This document shows positions 60,104 to 64,000 of a stretch of DNA of 64,000 bases, piece by piece. The DNA is from a virus. Location: positions 1 to 64,000 of IMG/VR virus record IMGVR_UViG_3300044633_000631; one strand, given 5' to 3'. The notes below the pieces were generated by a model. It worked only from the letters and a program-made list of their open reading frames with translations, was not told the origin of the DNA and made no database searches. The position numbers and the translations under genes are program-made. The number at the start of each line of letters is the position of its first letter. The stretch's first letter is position 1.

Positions 60104-62323
60104 CTATGCGAAAGCGTATTCGCTTTCTAGAATTAAATTAATATCAAGATCACCCATCTCAAGATAAGTAAGATCTCCGTCAATATCATCCATTATTGGA
60201 AACAATGGATTATCTTTATAAAGTTCTACAAATGTCTCGCGAACTATTCTAAAGAGATTTGGCATGTCAGCAAATAAACAACCATAGCTGTCATGAATTG
60301 TTGTAATTGTAAAATCACAACGGTGTGTAGTAAGTGCTAAGTGTGCTGCATCTAAACTATGAATAACGTTAGGTGCTGCTCCTTGAGACTGCTTACCTTT
60401 ACTAGGAACCACATCTTCAATAAAACATATTGCTAATTGAAAAGTGTTTTCATAATAACCTGTAGATTTACGTGACCCAACTGGTGGCCCATACTGTACA
60501 TAAATCTTTTTAACTTTACCTTCTGTATAATTTTGTACCACAGGAAAGTTTACTATTGGAACATTCCATGATAAAAATTCTTCAATTTTCTCACAGTTTC
60601 TTCCGGCATTCTCAAATATATTTAACAGCCTCATTGGCTTCTCTAATGAAGCTTTACAATCTTCAAATACTAATCTGCCCAGCCAAGCTCCCCATTTATG
60701 CTCCATATGAAGTAGCAAGTCTATTCCATGCTTTTTTGCATCAAGGATTTGTTGCTCTCCCAATCCATAGCTGCTACCTCCATAAGGAAGAGTCATAGTG
60801 TTTCTTTTAACTATCTTCCTTCTTTGTTTCAAATCCTTTATACGATTCCAAAATACAGGTGCTGCAACAGAGCCAATATCAGCCCATTGTTGTTTATAGG
60901 CTTTAATTTGAGCTACTAGTTGATTCCTAATTTCAGACTTAGGTTCGGATGCAGTAATCTTTTTCTTTAATTTAATTAAGCCATCTATAAAATCTTCACA
61001 TTGAAAGATTAAATCCGCTGGCATTCTTGCTATGTCATTAGATATTTTATTCCATACATGTTCGGCAACATATGCATATAAATCACCTGGAAGTTCTAAT
61101 GGAATTAAATTAACATATGGAGCTGTTATTTCATCTCTTGTTAATGCAGATAAATGTTGTGAGCCGTTCGTTGATCCGTCAATAAAACATTCAACATGTG
61201 ACTCATACTCTAAATATCTTGGTCCCAATTTTAAAGCATTTCTTAATTCAATACATGCACTTAAGAATTGCCATGGCTTATCTCCTGACATCCATCCTTG
61301 ATTTACTTTTGGACTTTCTGCATATGATAATAAAATCTCTTGATTGTCTAATACCCACTGATATCGGTCTTTGAGATTGATCTTATCCGTCTTTGCACCA
61401 TCTTCACGTCCTGATGAACCTGCCCAGTTACTGGCGATAGATACACATAGCCAAAAGAAACCCTCTTCACCAATTACTTTCTTATCTTGACGCATTAAAA
61501 GACCTTTAGCAATATCACTAGATTGTTCATGGAGATATGCCGTTGTTGGATATTTCCTTCCACGGAAATCAAGGTAATACATATGGTAAAATACAGTATC
61601 CATGAACTTATCTGCTATAGATAGAATAGCTTTTGTTTCCCTTAATTTAGTAGTCTTAGCTTGAGGATTTTGCTGCTCCCATATATCACTAAATGCATCA
61701 GTATGGTTATTCAATGCCCATTTAGAAACATTATAAACTTCTTTGTTTATTTGCCAACCCGTATTTAAGCTCTTATTTACTGAATCAAATACTATAGGAT
61801 GTGTTGCAGGTGTTAATTTTGTTGGAACATCTTTATTACCCGTCTTGACTAATACTTGTCCAGTAGGGTGTTTGAATTCTGTATAAGATTCATATGGTGT
61901 TACTGAAGGTAATTTACCCTTGGCACCTTCTCTGCTTACACTTTCCCATAGTAATTGTATTGTCGCATCATCTAAGACTTCTACAATATATGTTGCATGA
62001 CCATTACCAGCAGAACCTAGTACTGCTCTAAGCATTCCAAGCTCTTCAAATGAGTATAGTATGAATGCACCAGTCTTAGCCGCAACAGATGAATCTTTCT
62101 TTAAACCTCGTCTTACTGAATGCCCAATAATGCTAATGACTTCTACCATTAATATTTGTTTGTTTACAGCACCTCTCTTTGGACGAGTGTATAAGTATAC
62201 GTTAGATATTATTACATCTAATACGCTTTCTAAGTCAATTTCTTTTAGAAATTTTAGCGGACTTTGAGGAGCTATTTCTAATTGCATCCTTCTTTTTAAT
62301 GACTTCAATAGTTGTATTCTCAT
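60104..62323 (-). CDS. T7-family single-subunit DNA-directed RNA polymerase (stand-alone, 739 aa)
   Basis: DFRGRKYP, KPWQFL, motif A IDGSTNGSQH, motif B RKIVKRNTMTLPYG, APNVIHSLDAAHL, motif C IHDSY. Confidence 0.97.
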   Translation of the reverse strand: MRIQLLKSLKRRMQLEIAPQSPLKFLKEIDLESVLDVIISNVYLYTRPKRGAVNKQILMVEVISIIGHSVRRGLKKDSSVAAKTGAFILYSFEELGMLRAVLGSAGNGHATYIVEVLDDATIQLLWESVSREGAKGKLPSVTPYESYTEFKHPTGQVLVKTGNKDVPTKLTPATHPIVFDSVNKSLNTGWQINKEVYNVSKWALNNHTDAFSDIWEQQNPQAKTTKLRETKAILSIADKFMDTVFYHMYYLDFRGRKYPTTAYLHEQSSDIAKGLLMRQDKKVIGEEGFFWLCVSIASNWAGSSGREDGAKTDKINLKDRYQWVLDNQEILLSYAESPKVNQGWMSGDKPWQFLSACIELRNALKLGPRYLEYESHVECFIDGSTNGSQHLSALTRDEITAPYVNLIPLELPGDLYAYVAEHVWNKISNDIARMPADLIFQCEDFIDGLIKLKKKITASEPKSEIRNQLVAQIKAYKQQWADIGSVAAPVFWNRIKDLKQRRKIVKRNTMTLPYGGSSYGLGEQQILDAKKHGIDLLLHMEHKWGAWLGRLVFEDCKASLEKPMRLLNIFENAGRNCEKIEEFLSWNVPIVNFPVVQNYTEGKVKKIYVQYGPPVGSRKSTGYYENTFQLAICFIEDVVPSKGKQSQGAAPNVIHSLDAAHLALTTHRCDFTITTIHDSYGCLFADMPNLFRIVRETFVELYKDNPLFPIMDDIDGDLTYLEMGDLDINLILESEYAFA

Positions 62324-62502
62324 CTGATCCTTTGCTGTTTAAAATACTGGAGAACGCACATAGTAGTAATAAATTAAATATCGGCATTGTCACCACTATT
62401 TACTAAATGTACTACTGTTGCCATAATTACTACAGGTGTAGTCAATCCGAATAATACGGAAGCTAACCATACTGTTGCCGCATAATTTAATGTATTAGTC
62501 AT

Positions 62503-62583
62503 AGAAAGAAAAAAATAAGGGTTAACCCTCCCACATCCCTAATACACCCCCAATTAAGGGAATGTATTAGGGATGTGGGAGGG
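62503..62583 (-). terminator. Long perfect inverted repeat with a T tract, upstream of the RNAP gene
   Basis: 21-bp perfect arms at 62526-62546 and 62563-62583, then TTATTTTTTTCTTT on the minus strand. Confidence 0.7.
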
Positions 62584-62620
62584 GATATTCTTACTTACAG
62601 AGTCAACAGACTCTGACTTT

Positions 62621-63013
62621 CTATGGCAGTGTTCGAAGCTCTTTAAGTAGTTCGTAATCCTTTTTGCCTATATAGATCGGGTTGAGGGACCCTTTTAAAT
62701 TTACAACTGGATAAACACTTATTCCATCTTTTACAAATTCCTTTAAAAGATAGATATCTTCAACATCTAACTTTTTAGCACTGAAAGTATATTCCGGTGG
62801 TTTATCTTTTTTGTCCACTGGATAGTGACCTTCTAGAACAATATAACCATTCCACTTAGCCTCCTTTGCTAAACGTCTTAATTCACGTTTAGCTTTTATA
62901 GCTTCAAGTTTTTTCTTCTTCTTAAAATCCTCATCAGCTTCTTTTATGAAGTCTTGACAGTCTTTAGTAAAGAAGATCCCAACTGCAATTGCCACAATCC
63001 AAAGAGGGTTCAT
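62621..63013 (-). CDS. Hypothetical protein with an N-terminal hydrophobic segment
   Basis: MNPLWIVAIAVGIFF; AGGAGG RBS. Confidence 0.65.
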   Translation of the reverse strand: MNPLWIVAIAVGIFFTKDCQDFIKEADEDFKKKKKLEAIKAKRELRRLAKEAKWNGYIVLEGHYPVDKKDKPPEYTFSAKKLDVEDIYLLKEFVKDGISVYPVVNLKGSLNPIYIGKKDYELLKELRTLP

Positions 63014-63285
63014 AGTAACAACCCTCCTAAAAGGAATGGTACAATGAGTATAATGTCAAACACTAGCCTCCCGATATTAAGCAAATAGTGATACATATAC
63101 CAGCTGTTGATTCCAACTGGCATTGTTACAACTGCAACAGCTCCAATTACAACTGCTGTAGCAGCTATAGTTGATGTTACAATTTCCACTTGAGCCTCAA
63201 TAGCGGTCTCAGCAGGTGTTCTTGAGTCTTCTAGTTTGTTTAAAACTAAGGCACCCAAACCAACAAGTAATACTAATGGTATCAT
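63010..63285 (-). CDS. Hypothetical membrane protein
   Basis: Three hydrophobic segments; GGAG RBS. Confidence 0.65.
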   Translation of the reverse strand: MIPLVLLVGLGALVLNKLEDSRTPAETAIEAQVEIVTSTIAATAVVIGAVAVVTMPVGINSWYMYHYLLNIGRLVFDIILIVPFLLGGLLL

Positions 63286-63563
63286 TTCTTTTCTCCAAAT
63301 AATGCATCAAATAAAGTGTATACAGCAAAGCCAACAACTACCCCTGCTACAATAGGGTTTAATACAACAGCTGTTCCTGTTGCAGCAGCTGTCGCAAACG
63401 GTGTAACAATCGTTTGTGCACCTACTTGTAAGGCTGTTCGTGTAACAACTACAGAAGCTACTTCTGCAATTATTATTGGCGCTTGCGCAGCTACGTAAGA
63501 GCCTGCGAGATATCCAGCTGATACTGGGGCCACTACATCTAAAACTTTGCTTAGTTCGCTCAT
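63282..63563 (-). CDS. Hypothetical Ala/Val-rich membrane protein
   Basis: GAGG RBS; hydrophobic composition. Confidence 0.65.
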   Translation of the reverse strand: MSELSKVLDVVAPVSAGYLAGSYVAAQAPIIIAEVASVVVTRTALQVGAQTIVTPFATAAATGTAVVLNPIVAGVVVGFAVYTLFDALFGEKK

Positions 63564-63592
63564 TGTAAGCTTCCTCTTGGAATGTGAAGTTA

Positions 63593-63844
63593 TTAAAGAT
63601 TAATTTTGAATGAATAAATGCCTTTTTCAGATATACGTAGGTCTGAGCCTTCATGCATCCAAATAAGATAGCCAGCTTCTCCTACGTCGAGTGTGCTAAC
63701 AATAGCCCAGGGATTTCCATCAGGCGGATATATTGCTGTTACTTCAGAGTTATTTCTTTTTCCTTCATAAACTTGACCTGTTAATTCAGAGTCATTAAGA
63801 AGATTTAATTCTACTATTACACATGCAATTTTAATTAATTTCAT
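63593..63844 (-). CDS. Hypothetical protein
   Basis: 83-aa ORF with an AAGG RBS. Confidence 0.6.
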   Translation of the reverse strand: MKLIKIACVIVELNLLNDSELTGQVYEGKRNNSEVTAIYPPDGNPWAIVSTLDVGEAGYLIWMHEGSDLRISEKGIYSFKINL

Positions 63845-64000
63845 TTTGATTTACCTTTTAGTTAGATTGCATTGCTGCGATTGTAGCCATGATTGCGGCC
63901 ATTTGATCTTCTACATTGTTGTCTAGAGCTTTGATACTTTCATCATGAGCAATTTTCATTGCTTCTAATTCAGAATAGACTGCTGCTTTTGCTTGTTGAA

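Noticed and set aside
1-64000. tRNA, rRNA, integrase, reverse transcriptase/DGR or stop-codon recoding
   Set aside because: None was recognised by eye, and genes translate full-length in the standard code. A tRNAscan/Infernal run would be needed to exclude small RNAs.

Overview
The window is a 64-kb, AT-rich (roughly one-third GC by eye) segment of a lytic-type tailed phage with a siphovirus-like tail module. Every credible gene is on the minus strand. In transcription order (right to left) it holds: small early genes; a stand-alone 739-aa T7-type RNA polymerase; a T7-like replication block (SSB, PolA, MazG-like protein, 5'-3' exonuclease, GIY-YIG-like nuclease, primase-helicase, nrdB, nrdA, ATP-dependent ligase); about 8 kb of small accessory genes dominated by one expanded ~60-aa domain family; TerS/TerL; a fibre/adhesin block; heme oxygenase plus a PcyX-type bilin reductase; endolysin; portal; scaffold; major capsid; neck and tail genes with a lambda-type GGGAAAG frameshift; and a giant tape-measure gene (>3,860 codons, with a lytic transglycosylase domain) that runs off the left edge and is absent from the ORF track. 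The standout system is the 1775-aa gene next to the portal, which fuses a MuF/SPP1-gp7 minor head protein to a second T7-family RNA polymerase with intact catalytic motifs. With the separate RNAP and six copies of a 20-bp intergenic motif (ACCCCGTTAAATTAACCCTA), this suggests a two-polymerase programme in which one RNAP is packaged in the virion through its MuF domain. All calls come from motif reading; no database searches were run.
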